Source of the DNA: Candidatus Bathyarchaeota archaeon | GTDB taxonomy: Archaea > Thermoproteota > Bathyarchaeia > Hecatellales > Hecatellaceae | DNA length: 64,000 bases | Assembly: GCA_052246995.1 (NCBI GenBank) | Contig: JBQPWD010000001.1 | Span: 1-64,000 of the forward strand | Direction of reading: 5' to 3' | Part shown: piece by piece, positions 47,024 to 57,170 of the stretch | Numbering within the stretch: position 1 is the stretch's first letter | How the letters are laid out: each line of letters starts with the position of its first letter | Notes under the pieces: model-generated | Told to the model about the DNA's origin: nothing | Database searches by the model: none | What the model saw: the letters and a program-made list of their open reading frames with translations, nothing else | Position numbers and translations under genes: made by a program

Positions 47024-48244
47024 TTGTCTGAAGGACTACCTTTTAAGTTTTTGGTATCTTATGAAGAGGCTTTAAAAATTATTCTGGATAACGTAACACC
47101 CGTTAAGGAAAAGGAGAAGGTTAGTATTGAAGAGCTAGCTGGTAGGGTCTTAGCTGAGGATGTAGAGGCTGACATTTCTATACCTCCCTTTAACAGAGCT
47201 GCAATGGATGGTTATGCTGTTAAGGCTGAAGATACCTACGGGGCAACCCAAACCAAACCTAGAAGATTAAGGCTTATAGGTGTTTTAACTGCTGGTAGCC
47301 GGGTAGATAAGGTTGTTGGAAAGGGTGAATGTGTTGAAATTACAACAGGCTCACCCATACCTGATGGTGCTGATGCTGTTGTTATGCTTGAATTTACAGA
47401 AAAAATTGGCGAGGAAGTTCATGTTTTTAAGCCTGTTTATCCTGGAGCAAACATTTCTTTTATGGGTGAAGATGTTAAAAAAGGTGAGCTTGTTTTAAGA
47501 GATGGTGAATTTTTAACACCTGCAAAGGTTGGGGTTTTAGCATCCCTTGGTAGAAAGGAGGCTTACGTTTACAGGAAACCTAAAGTAGCCATAGTTCCCA
47601 CCGGTGCGGAGGTTAAGGAGCCAGGTTCCAAGTTAAACGAGGGAGAAATCTACGATATAAACTCCTACACCTTAATCTCCACCCTCAGCCAGAATGGTGT
47701 TATACCTAAAAGGTTTCCACCCGCTCCAGATGTTTTTGATAAGCTAAGCAGGATTGTTAAAAGCTTAGCTGAAGAATATGATATGCTGGTTTTTTCCGGC
47801 GGAAGCTCTGTTGGTAAATATGACCTTCTAGCACAGGTTGTTGAAGAATTTGGAAAAATACTTTTTCATGGTGTTCAGATTAAACCTGGTAAGCCAACAT
47901 TGTTTGGGTTGGTAAACGGGAAACCTGTTTTCGGCATGCCAGGTTACCCAACATCTTGTCTTAGCAACGCATACCTGATGCTTATACCTGCTGTTCGGAA
48001 AATGGCAAGATTACCGCCTAAAACTAGGAAAACTGTTAAAGTAAAAATTTCTCAAAGAATTGTTTCAGGTTCTGGTCGTGCACAATTCCTTCCAGTTAAA
48101 ATTAAGGATGGTAAAGCTATTCCAGTTTTTAAGGAGTCAGGAGCCATTACAAGCATGGCTGACGCTGATGGTTATATTCTTCTACCAACAAACCTTGACG
48201 TTTTAGAAGCTGGAGAAGAAGTTGAAGTTACATTGTTAGATTAA
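47024..48244 (+). CDS. moeA: Molybdopterin molybdenumtransferase MoeA
   Basis: GRVLAEDV, PPFNRAAMDGYAV, GADAVVM.E, SGGSSVG, IKPGKP, MPGYP.S. Confidence 0.95.
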   Translation: MSEGLPFKFLVSYEEALKIILDNVTPVKEKEKVSIEELAGRVLAEDVEADISIPPFNRAAMDGYAVKAEDTYGATQTKPRRLRLIGVLTAGSRVDKVVGKGECVEITTGSPIPDGADAVVMLEFTEKIGEEVHVFKPVYPGANISFMGEDVKKGELVLRDGEFLTPAKVGVLASLGRKEAYVYRKPKVAIVPTGAEVKEPGSKLNEGEIYDINSYTLISTLSQNGVIPKRFPPAPDVFDKLSRIVKSLAEEYDMLVFSGGSSVGKYDLLAQVVEEFGKILFHGVQIKPGKPTLFGLVNGKPVFGMPGYPTSCLSNAYLMLIPAVRKMARLPPKTRKTVKVKISQRIVSGSGRAQFLPVKIKDGKAIPVFKESGAITSMADADGYILLPTNLDVLEAGEEVEVTLLD

Positions 48245-48753
48245 GCATTAAGCTAGATAACAGTCCTACAAGAATAGACAAGCACTAAGCTTAATTTCCT
48301 TTTTCTAAACAGCTTATAATCCCAGCCATTTTACATAGTATTTAAATTTTTAAATCTAAAATTCAGTTTAGGCTTTCTCTGCAAACCTGTTAAAGTTGAA
48401 CGTGACAGATTAGGTTTGTTTATGTGAAGAATGTTTGAAGATTTTTGGTGTTAATTCCGTTAAACCTATCAACTTTCAACCAGCTAACCAAGAAAGTTAA
48501 AGACATAAAAACACGTTTTTAGCTGGGAAAAAGGGGAAAAGGGGAAAAAAAGCTTCGTTAAGAAAAAGCCACAATACTTGAGGAGTTTAGCAAAAAAAGC
48601 TTAAACCTCTATTTAACTTTTTCAACTTAACTCTTACAGCAATGTTTAAAATTTCCAATCATAAAACTAAAACTCTAGATTAGAGCCAAAAGCAACTAAA
48701 ATTAATATACTCTAAGCTAATACTAGTTAGACGCGATTTTAAGGTTTTTCGGG

Positions 48754-51129
48754 GTGGTTAATTTCATGGAGATAAGAAAGGGCCCTGTTAAGCTTCAAGT
48801 TAAAGACCTAAGAACAGGCACAATTCAGGCAAAAGACCTTGAAGTGATGATAGGTAAGCTTGCAATGGAAGAAGAATGGGAACCTCAGGGACCAACACCA
48901 TTTCCAGGAATATACACACTTAGAAACTGGGATCATAAGCTTTTAACCCGTTACAAGCCATTCTATGCGCCTTTTTGTGACATGTGTTGTTTATGTACAT
49001 ATGGTAAATGTGATTTAACCGCTGGAAAACGTGGTGCATGTGGAATAGACATTAAAACCCAGCAAGCAAGGATAGTTTTACTTGCATGTTGTATAGGTGC
49101 TTCATGCCATACAGGACATGCCCGCCACATGGTGGAACATTTACTTAGAAAGTATGGTGAAGATTACCCAATAAATCTTGGAGGAGAAATCGAGTGTGAA
49201 ATGCCTCATGCAAGGCTTGTATGTGGAATAAAACCTAAAACAATAGGCGATTTAAGTTATATTTTAAACTACTGTGAGGAGCAGATTGTTCACTGTCTTT
49301 CTGCAACCCATACAGGTCAGGAGGGAAGCTACATAGATTTTGAATCAAAATCTCTTCATGTAGGTATGATTGACCATGTGGCCATGGAAGTTGCTGATGT
49401 AGCTCAAATAGTTACATTTAACTTTCCTAAAGGTGACCCTAACGCACCGCTTACAGAAGTTGGAGCTGGATGTGTAGATATAAATAAACCTCTAGTTTTA
49501 TGTATAGGTCATAATGTTGCATCAGGAGTAGAAATCATAGATTATATGCGTAAAAACAATCTGGGGCTTCCAGGACAAACATTGGAGGTTGCAGGTTTAT
49601 GTTGCACCGCTCATGATATAACAAGGTATTGTGAGGAAGCAAAAATTATTGGGCCTATGTCCCATGAGCTTAGATTTATCCGTAGCGGGATTGCTGATTG
49701 TATAGTTGTCGACGAACAATGCATTAGAACTGATGTTGTTGAGGAGGCTTGGCTTACAAAAACACCAGTTATTGCTTCAAACGATAAAGCTTTCTACGGC
49801 CTCCCAGACTTAACAGAAGAACCTGTAGAAGTTATAGTTAACAAGCTGGTTAACAGGGAGATTAAAGGTGCTTTAATATACGATCCGGAAAAAGTTGGTG
49901 CGGTTGCAACTTTAACAGCTTTAAGGATGCATCCAGTACGTAAAAAGTTTAAGGCTATTCCAGATTTAAACCAAATTAAGGATGTAGCCTCAAAATGCAC
50001 ACTCTGTGGTAGATGTCGTAGAAACTGTCCATGGGGTCTTTCAACAGATGAGGCTATAAATGCCGCTGCGCATGGTAATATAGAGCCTCTTGTCAAGCTT
50101 TACGATTACTGTGTTGGTTGTGGTAGATGTGAGGAAGCGTGTCCTCAACGCATCCCCGTTCACAGCCTGATTGTTGCTGCCGCTGACCGCAAATTTAAAA
50201 CTGAAAAATTCAAGATTAGGGTTGGACGTGGACCAATTTTAGATACCGAGATCAGGGAAGTCGGCTCCCCAATTGTCCTTGGAGAGATTCCTGGTGTTGT
50301 TGCCTATGTTGGCTGTGCAAACTGGCCTTCCCCAATGCAGGATGTTGGAAGAATGGCTTATGAGTTTGCGCGTAGAGGGTACATCGTTACAGCTAGTGGA
50401 TGTTCAGCCATGGCAATGGCATTCTATAAAGATGAAGAAGGACGTTCACCCTACGAAGCCTTCCCAGGAGAATTTAATCGTGGTGGTATTGTAAATGTTG
50501 GCTCATGCGTGGCCAACTCCCACATTACTGGCGCAGCAATAAAGATTGCAAACATTTTTGCTAGAAGAAGGCTTAGAGGAAATTATGAGGAAATAGCTGA
50601 TTACGTACTTCATAGGGTTGGTGCTTGTGGTGTTGCATGGGGTGCTATGAGCCAGAAGGCAGCATCCATAGCTACAGGATGTAATAGGCTTGGCATTCCA
50701 GTAATTATTGGTCCTCAAGGCTCAAAGTATAGGAGACTTTACCTTGGTAGAATTGAGGATAAAGAAAGTTTTAGCACGTTGGATGCACGTACAGGCCAGA
50801 AAGTATTTATTGGTCCAGCACCCGAACACCTAGTTTACATTGCTGAAACAATTGAAGAATGTATGGTTTGGACAGCAAAACTTTGTTTACGTCCAAACGA
50901 TACAACCAAGGGTAGAATGATTAAGCTAACCCATTATGTTGAACTTTACAAACGCTTTTACGGTAGACTTCCAAAAGACTTGCCCATGCTTGTTAGAACA
51001 GAAGCGGATATTCCAATAACCTTTAAGGATGAAGTTTTAGAATTTTTGAAGGCTGAAGGCTGGGAACCTCATCCTCAACCATCAATAGACCCAACACTGC
51101 TGGAGAGGCTTGTAAGGGTAAAGGTTTAG
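48754..51129 (+). CDS. cdhA: CO dehydrogenase/acetyl-CoA synthase (ACDS) alpha subunit
   Basis: CDMCCLCTYGKCDL, GHNV, GLCCTAHD, DEQC, two extra CxxCxxC 4Fe-4S motifs, GSCVANSH; alternative start ATG 48766. Confidence 0.97.
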   Translation: MVNFMEIRKGPVKLQVKDLRTGTIQAKDLEVMIGKLAMEEEWEPQGPTPFPGIYTLRNWDHKLLTRYKPFYAPFCDMCCLCTYGKCDLTAGKRGACGIDIKTQQARIVLLACCIGASCHTGHARHMVEHLLRKYGEDYPINLGGEIECEMPHARLVCGIKPKTIGDLSYILNYCEEQIVHCLSATHTGQEGSYIDFESKSLHVGMIDHVAMEVADVAQIVTFNFPKGDPNAPLTEVGAGCVDINKPLVLCIGHNVASGVEIIDYMRKNNLGLPGQTLEVAGLCCTAHDITRYCEEAKIIGPMSHELRFIRSGIADCIVVDEQCIRTDVVEEAWLTKTPVIASNDKAFYGLPDLTEEPVEVIVNKLVNREIKGALIYDPEKVGAVATLTALRMHPVRKKFKAIPDLNQIKDVASKCTLCGRCRRNCPWGLSTDEAINAAAHGNIEPLVKLYDYCVGCGRCEEACPQRIPVHSLIVAAADRKFKTEKFKIRVGRGPILDTEIREVGSPIVLGEIPGVVAYVGCANWPSPMQDVGRMAYEFARRGYIVTASGCSAMAMAFYKDEEGRSPYEAFPGEFNRGGIVNVGSCVANSHITGAAIKIANIFARRRLRGNYEEIADYVLHRVGACGVAWGAMSQKAASIATGCNRLGIPVIIGPQGSKYRRLYLGRIEDKESFSTLDARTGQKVFIGPAPEHLVYIAETIEECMVWTAKLCLRPNDTTKGRMIKLTHYVELYKRFYGRLPKDLPMLVRTEADIPITFKDEVLEFLKAEGWEPHPQPSIDPTLLERLVRVKV

Positions 51130-51131
51130 AG

Positions 51132-51692
51132 GTGAAATTTATGTCTTCAATTCTACCCTCGAGAACATCTCCATATGAAACTGCCAACATTCCAGGTCCC
51201 CAGATGGCTTTATCCCCAGATAAAGCTCCAACAGTCTTTGCCGCCATGGTTAAAAGAGCTAAAAATCCACTTTTAATAGTTGGAAAATATGTTTTAGAGG
51301 TTGAACTAGAAGGTAAAAAGCTGATAGATTACGCTATAGAAATATCTAAGAAAAAGAATATACCTATTGTTGCAACAACCAACACCCTTAAAGGCTTTAT
51401 TGAAAAAAACTACCCGGTTGTTGAAATGAGTTTAGTTGACATAGTTAACAGACTTCAAGACCCAAAATTTACAGTAACCCCTGCGAAGACACCACCACAC
51501 GACCTAGTTCTATTCCTAGGAATAACCTACCAGTTTGCATCTCAAGGGCTTTCAACATTAAAACATTTTGCACCACATCTAAGAACAGTAACTCTATGTA
51601 AATGGTACCATCCAAACGCGCATTGGAGCTTCCCAAACATGGATGATAAGGAATGGAAAAAAATGCTTGAGGAATTTATTCAAGCATTGTAA
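51132..51692 (+). CDS. cdhB: ACDS epsilon subunit
   Basis: KRAKNPLLIVG, HDLVLFLG, LSTLKHFA, YHPNA.WSF.N. Confidence 0.93.
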   Translation: MKFMSSILPSRTSPYETANIPGPQMALSPDKAPTVFAAMVKRAKNPLLIVGKYVLEVELEGKKLIDYAIEISKKKNIPIVATTNTLKGFIEKNYPVVEMSLVDIVNRLQDPKFTVTPAKTPPHDLVLFLGITYQFASQGLSTLKHFAPHLRTVTLCKWYHPNAHWSFPNMDDKEWKKMLEEFIQAL

Positions 51693-51770
51693 CAAAAAAT
51701 ATTAAAACATCAAAACCAATAAAAAGGATAAGTATTTTCTAGACAAAAATGCGGGAAGGAATGAGTTACC

Positions 51771-53183
51771 ATGTCTGAGGAGAAATTTCCTGTTGAAGTT
51801 AGTCCTGTATACGAGGGTGAAAGGATAAGAAAGGAGGACATGTTTGTTGAGCTTGGAGGTCCGAATGTTCAACATAAGTGTGAACTTGTTCAAGCAAGGT
51901 CAGCAGAGGAAGTTGAGGATGGAAAAATTAGCGTTGTAGGACCAGACCTAAACCAGCTTAAAGAGGGTGAATCCTACCCCTATGGAGTTTTAGTTGAGGT
52001 TGCGGGGGCTCAAGTTGAAAAGGACCTTGAATCGGTTATTGAACGTCGTATTCATGACTTCTCAAACTACATTGAAGGATACATGCACCTAAACCAACGA
52101 TATGATATATGGTGTAGACTTAGCAAAAGAGCTTACGCTAAAGGTTTAAACTCTTTTAAGTGGATTGGTAAAGCATTAATAAGGTTATTTAAAGCTGAAC
52201 TTCCATTCATAGAAAAGATGCAAATAACCTTTTACACCGACCCTGAAAAAGTAAAAGAGCTTTATGATTTTGCTATCAAAGTTTACGAGGCTAGGGATGC
52301 TAGAACAAGAGGTATAAGAGATGAGGATGTAGATGTATTTTACAGCTGTGTTTTATGTCAATCTTTCGCTCCACAACATGTATGTATAATCGCCCCAAAC
52401 AGGGTTTCTCTTTGTGGTGCGATAAACTGGTTTGATGCTAGAGCTGCTGCAAGAGTAGACCCAAAGGGTCCAGTAATCCCTGTACAAAAAGGAGAATGTG
52501 TAGACTCTATAAGAGGAGAATATACTGGTGTAAACGAAATTGTTGAAAAAAGGTCTCTTGGGGCAAACAAACGTTTCTACCTTTACAGCGCATTTGGCTA
52601 CCCGCATACATCATGCGGATGCTTTGAAACAATAGCATTTTACATTCCCGAAGTTGAGGGTTTTGGATGTGTTGATAGAGGATTTAAGGGTCCAACAGTT
52701 AACGGTTTACCCTTCTCAACCATGGCAACCCAGGTTGGTGGAGGTATTCAAAGTCCAGGCTTCCTAGGTTTAGGTATAGAGTACTATAGGTCTCCAAAGT
52801 TTTTCCAGGCTGATGGTGGGTGGGCTAGAATAGCATGGATGGCTTCAACATTAAAAGGAAGAGTTAAGGATGCAATACCCTCAGAACTTGTAGATAAAAT
52901 TCCAACAGAAAAAGAAGTATCCTCAATAGAGGACCTTAAAAAGTTTCTTGTTGAGAAAGGCCACCCATTAGCCGAAATCATTAAAGCTAAGGAGGCTAAA
53001 GAAGTAAAAGTTGAAGTTGCTGAAGTAGCTGAAGCTGTAGCACCTGAAATTGCACCTGGAATTTCTGTAACAGGCTTACCTACACTAGGTATACCTACCG
53101 CCGGTGTTGGCGGAGGATTCCGTGTTACATTTAAGGGTGCAAAAATTAAGATAGACAAACTGGTTATAAAAAAGAAAGAGTAG
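51771..53183 (+). CDS. cdhC: ACDS beta subunit (acetyl-CoA synthase)
   Basis: YEGERIRK, ERRIH, C.LCQSFAP.HVC...P.R.SLCG, PHTSCGCFE. Confidence 0.97.
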   Translation: MSEEKFPVEVSPVYEGERIRKEDMFVELGGPNVQHKCELVQARSAEEVEDGKISVVGPDLNQLKEGESYPYGVLVEVAGAQVEKDLESVIERRIHDFSNYIEGYMHLNQRYDIWCRLSKRAYAKGLNSFKWIGKALIRLFKAELPFIEKMQITFYTDPEKVKELYDFAIKVYEARDARTRGIRDEDVDVFYSCVLCQSFAPQHVCIIAPNRVSLCGAINWFDARAAARVDPKGPVIPVQKGECVDSIRGEYTGVNEIVEKRSLGANKRFYLYSAFGYPHTSCGCFETIAFYIPEVEGFGCVDRGFKGPTVNGLPFSTMATQVGGGIQSPGFLGLGIEYYRSPKFFQADGGWARIAWMASTLKGRVKDAIPSELVDKIPTEKEVSSIEDLKKFLVEKGHPLAEIIKAKEAKEVKVEVAEVAEAVAPEIAPGISVTGLPTLGIPTAGVGGGFRVTFKGAKIKIDKLVIKKKE

Positions 53184-53188
53184 TTAAG

Positions 53189-54448
53189 GTGATGCTTATG
53201 TCCTCCATGGAAAAAAAGAAGAAGGAAGAAGAAGGCATCTCAAGTGTTAGGGGGATAGGTGTTCAGGAGCTTCTAGCTTTACTAGACAAGGCTAAAACTC
53301 TTGAACTTGAAAATGTTGAAATTGTTGCTGAGGAGCTTACATTTGAACTTTTACCATTAGTTCTTCAAGCAGTTACACCCCCACCCCCTCCAACACCCCC
53401 TCCACCTGTTGAAAAACCTCTTAAACTTGAAGAAGTCATGTTTGAACCGCCAATTTTCACCTACACCAGTCAAATTGCTGAAGTTCAAATCGGTGCAACT
53501 GCAAACGAGGGTGGTACAAGGAAGAAGGTTATAAAGATTGGCGGAGAAAAATCTCCTGCGTTTTACAGGTTTGAAAATCCAACACCAAATCGGCCTGTTG
53601 TTGCTTTAGACGTTTTTGACGAACTTCCCCCACTACCAAAAACTATCAAGGACTACTATAAGGATGTTTTTAAAGACCATATTGCATGGATAAATAAGTG
53701 TATTGAAGAGTATAAAGCTGACCTTGTAACAGTGCATCTTGTAAGCACCGATCCATCTGGTACAAATACTCCTGCACCAAAAGCAGCAGAATTTATAGAT
53801 AAATTGCTGGATACTGTAGATTACCCATTTATTGTTGGAGGTTCAGGTGACCCTGAAAAGGATTTAAAAGTTTTTAATGAAGTTGGTAAGGTTGCTAAAG
53901 GTGAAAGAATAGTTTTAGCATCTGTAACTCTTGACATGGATCTACAGCAATCTGCAAAAATAGTTTCCGAGAATGGTTTAAATGTGATTGCTTTAGCTTT
54001 TCTAGACATAAACCAAGTTAAAGAGTTAAACAGTAAACTTATGGATTATGGTGTAAGTAAAAACAACCTTATCACCGACCCCTCAACGGGTGGACTTGGC
54101 TACGGGTTAGAATACACCTTCAGCATGATGGAAAGAATGAGACTTGCAGGGCTTATGGGCGACCCATCTATGCAATCTCCAATATCATGCGCAGCCACAA
54201 ATGGCTGGGCTGCCAGGGAAGCTTGGCTTAAAGTTGATGAATGGGGTCCAAGAGAGTATAGAGGACCAATATGGGAAGCAGTAACAGGGCTTTTAGGTTT
54301 GTTTGCAGGTGCAGACCTTTTCATGATGATGCATCCTCTTGCAGCTCAAATAGTTAAAAATACTGCTGAAATTCTGTCAAAACATAAAATTAAAGAGGAT
54401 ATTAAAGAGATTCCATATGAAAACTGGGTTAAAATGAAGATTTGGTAA
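53189..54448 (+). CDS. cdhD: ACDS delta subunit (corrinoid Fe-S protein small subunit)
   Basis: GAT..EGGTR, GGSGDPEKD, LGYGLEY, WAAREAW, MMMHP. Confidence 0.95.
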   Translation: MMLMSSMEKKKKEEEGISSVRGIGVQELLALLDKAKTLELENVEIVAEELTFELLPLVLQAVTPPPPPTPPPPVEKPLKLEEVMFEPPIFTYTSQIAEVQIGATANEGGTRKKVIKIGGEKSPAFYRFENPTPNRPVVALDVFDELPPLPKTIKDYYKDVFKDHIAWINKCIEEYKADLVTVHLVSTDPSGTNTPAPKAAEFIDKLLDTVDYPFIVGGSGDPEKDLKVFNEVGKVAKGERIVLASVTLDMDLQQSAKIVSENGLNVIALAFLDINQVKELNSKLMDYGVSKNNLITDPSTGGLGYGLEYTFSMMERMRLAGLMGDPSMQSPISCAATNGWAAREAWLKVDEWGPREYRGPIWEAVTGLLGLFAGADLFMMMHPLAAQIVKNTAEILSKHKIKEDIKEIPYENWVKMKIW

Positions 54449-54469
54449 GCTTAAGGGGGTGTATACGTT

Positions 54470-55888
54470 ATGCCCAAAATTCTCCGTCCACTAGATGTTT
54501 ACAAGTATCTTCCAGGAACAAACTGTGGTGAATGCGGTGAAGTTAACTGTATGGCTTTTGCAGCGAAACTTATTGAACGCCAAGTTTCTATTGAGAAATG
54601 TACTCCACTATTTAAGGAGCCAAAGTTTAAAGATAAACTTGAAGGTTTACTTCAAGTTATAAGGCCACCAGTAAAAGAGGTTGTTATTGGTGTTGGAGAT
54701 AGAGCTGTAACCGTTGGTGGTAAAGTTTGTGTTTACAGGCATGAGTTAACATGGTATTATCCAACAGCAATAGCTGTGGATGTTCATGATGAAGCAGCTG
54801 AAGACGAGCTTGTTAAAAGGGTTAAACAAGTTGAAGGATACGTTATTGAAAGAATAGGTCAAAAGCTTATGCTTAACATGATTGCTGTTAGATGTGTTTC
54901 AGAGAATGGTGAAAAGTTTGCAAGGGCTGTTAACATTATTTGTAAAAATACCAACCTGCCCTTAATACTATGTAGCTATAATCCTGATATAATGGAGGAA
55001 GCTTTAATAGTTGCTGGAGAAAAAAGACCTTTAATATATGCTGCAAACGAGAAAAACTGGAAGGATTTTGCCAAGCTTGCCTCAAAGTATAAATGTCCAC
55101 TTACAGTTTCAGCGCCTGGAAATCCTTCAATGTTAAAATCTATCTGCAGGTCTCTGAGAAACTATGGTTTAGACGACCTTATACTTGACCCTGGAACCTT
55201 TACTAAGGGTGATAGTTTTAATGAAACAATAAATAATTTTACAATGCTTAGAAGGGCTGCAATAGAAAAGGATGCTAAAGATGTAGGATACCCCTTACTA
55301 GGTATACCTGCAACAGTCTGGCTCAACCCTGAGGATGATGAAGTTTCAACAAAAATAAAAGAATCTTACTTGGCATGCGCGTTAATGGTTAGATATGCCG
55401 ATATCATTATTTTACACAGCATAGACCCATGGGTTTTACTTCCAATACTTGTATGTAGACAAAACCTTTACACCGACCCAAGAATTCCTCTCTCAGTTAA
55501 GCCTGGGTTGTACCCCGTTAAGGAGCCAACGGAGAATTCACCTGTATTTGTTACATGCAACTCAGCCTTAACATACTTCCTTGTTAGAAACGATGTTGAA
55601 AATGCTGGTGGCGGCTGGCTAGTTTCTGTTGACACTGGTGGAATTAGTCTACAATCTTCTGTTGCTGGTAGAAGGTTTACAGCTGAGATGGTGGCTAACA
55701 CAATGAAAGAAACCAATATAATGGATAAGGTTAAACATAAAACTGTAGTTATTGGGGGTTATGCTGCCAGAATAAGCGGTGAACTTGAAGAGCTTCTCCA
55801 GGGTTGGCGTGTTTACGTAGGTCCAAGAGATTCATCAGCCATACCCGAGTTTATCAAGAATGTTTGGTTAAAAGAGGTTAAAGGGTAA
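54470..55888 (+). CDS. cdhE: ACDS gamma subunit (corrinoid Fe-S protein large subunit)
   Basis: LPGTNCGECG..NCMAFA, YTDPR.P, SPVFVT.N.ALTY, VGPRDSS. Confidence 0.96.
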   Translation: MPKILRPLDVYKYLPGTNCGECGEVNCMAFAAKLIERQVSIEKCTPLFKEPKFKDKLEGLLQVIRPPVKEVVIGVGDRAVTVGGKVCVYRHELTWYYPTAIAVDVHDEAAEDELVKRVKQVEGYVIERIGQKLMLNMIAVRCVSENGEKFARAVNIICKNTNLPLILCSYNPDIMEEALIVAGEKRPLIYAANEKNWKDFAKLASKYKCPLTVSAPGNPSMLKSICRSLRNYGLDDLILDPGTFTKGDSFNETINNFTMLRRAAIEKDAKDVGYPLLGIPATVWLNPEDDEVSTKIKESYLACALMVRYADIIILHSIDPWVLLPILVCRQNLYTDPRIPLSVKPGLYPVKEPTENSPVFVTCNSALTYFLVRNDVENAGGGWLVSVDTGGISLQSSVAGRRFTAEMVANTMKETNIMDKVKHKTVVIGGYAARISGELEELLQGWRVYVGPRDSSAIPEFIKNVWLKEVKG

Positions 55889-56068
55889 AAGTTAAGTTTC
55901 AACAACACTTTCTTTACCCTCTATTAAGTCAATCGGTGGCATTTAAGCTTAAGACTACCTAAAACATGTTTTCATATTATGAGTTTCCCGGTAACATCAT
56001 AAACTTTCCAAAGAAAATTTTTATTTTTAAACTTTCAGCTTTAAGTGTTCTTATAGTTTTCAACTTAG

Positions 56069-56497
56069 TTAAACTTTAATTAAAGATTTAACCTTAACCT
56101 TTTGTCTATCTCTTTCTCCTTTCTCAATAATGCAAACTAAGCCGGAAACGTGAATATTCATTCTTTTAAGGAAATTTAAATCCTCTATAAGATGAGTTTT
56201 TGAATAGTCTACTATGTCCGTTACAACCAGAACATTTTTTTTCTCAATTGTTGAAAATCCTTCAACAGGCAAAACTTTATCTTCCTTAACTACTCTTAAC
56301 ACTGAAAATGTTTTTCCTAATTCATCAGCAACAACCAGCGCTAAGGTTAATCCCATAAAGTCTAAACCTACAACAACTTCAAAATCTTCAAACTCGCCAC
56401 GTGAAACTCCTTCTTTTGCTAGGTCTGCTAAAGCCCACCCAATAAGGCTTACTCTTCTTGTGCTTGAAATTAAGCTTGAAAGGTCAATACTATCCAT
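56069..56497 (-). CDS. Orotate-phosphoribosyltransferase-like (GfcR-like) protein lacking the N-terminal HTH
   Basis: IDLSSL.SS..R...I..ALAD, VVVG...G..LA.VVADELGK, VLVVTD, SLIKV; adjacent to nob1. Confidence 0.7.
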   Translation of the reverse strand: MDSIDLSSLISSTRRVSLIGWALADLAKEGVSRGEFEDFEVVVGLDFMGLTLALVVADELGKTFSVLRVVKEDKVLPVEGFSTIEKKNVLVVTDIVDYSKTHLIEDLNFLKRMNIHVSGLVCIIEKGERDRQKVKVKSLIKV

Positions 56498-56556
56498 GAT
56501 TTTTCATTCCACCACCAAATCTGCTATCTTTTTAAGATAAAACGAGTTTTTAAACC

Positions 56557-57075
56557 TTACCGTTGAGTTTTAACAGCTTTTCTTTTAAGCTGGGTTCCAC
56601 AAATAGGGCAAGACTTTAAACCTTCCTTTGATGGAAATAAACTTCTACAGGCTGGGCAGTACCATGCCCATTTGATGTAAAACTTTATTTTATCATGAAT
56701 TACAGGAATGCACTCTATGTTTAAATGTTGTGCAACATTCTGAACCGAAAAGTCATCAGTTACTATTGCTGGATCAAACCCTCCAGCTTTTAACTCTAAT
56801 GCTAAGGCTAAAATTGATAAGTCTGCTTCTGAAAGCTTCTGCTTATCTCCTGTTTCTTTTGATGCCTCAAAAACCTTTTTTAAAAAACCTTCTTTAGGAA
56901 GAATTACTTTAAGCTTTTTAAGATCCAAAACTGTTAAACATTTAACCTTAACCCAAAAACTTTTAAGTTCTTTAATAATGTTTGGGGTTGTATAAAGCGG
57001 TAAACATATGTTTAAGAGGTTTAACCCTGTGATAAATGCTGGAGTATCCAAAACTAGAACTTTTTCTTTACACAT
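56557..57075 (-). CDS. nob1: Nob1 family PIN endonuclease with Zn ribbon
   Basis: VLDT.AFI, LSEAD..ILALA, TDDFSVQNVA, CPAC...CPICG. Confidence 0.92.
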   Translation of the reverse strand: MCKEKVLVLDTPAFITGLNLLNICLPLYTTPNIIKELKSFWVKVKCLTVLDLKKLKVILPKEGFLKKVFEASKETGDKQKLSEADLSILALALELKAGGFDPAIVTDDFSVQNVAQHLNIECIPVIHDKIKFYIKWAWYCPACRSLFPSKEGLKSCPICGTQLKRKAVKTQR

Positions 57076-57170
57076 CTGATACCATCCTGCTATATACTCA
57101 AGCTTTAAGTAAAAGTTTTTGTTCTTACTCTATCATATTGCTGAGTGAGGTTATGACTTAGGGTTGGACG

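Noticed and set aside
53376-53408. C-rich tandem-like tract
   Set aside because: It encodes the poly-Pro linker of CdhD and is not an independent repeat.
48754-55888. Methanogenesis or alkane oxidation
   Set aside because: ACDS and type 2 SerRS alone do not show it; there are no mcr/acr or mtr genes in the window.
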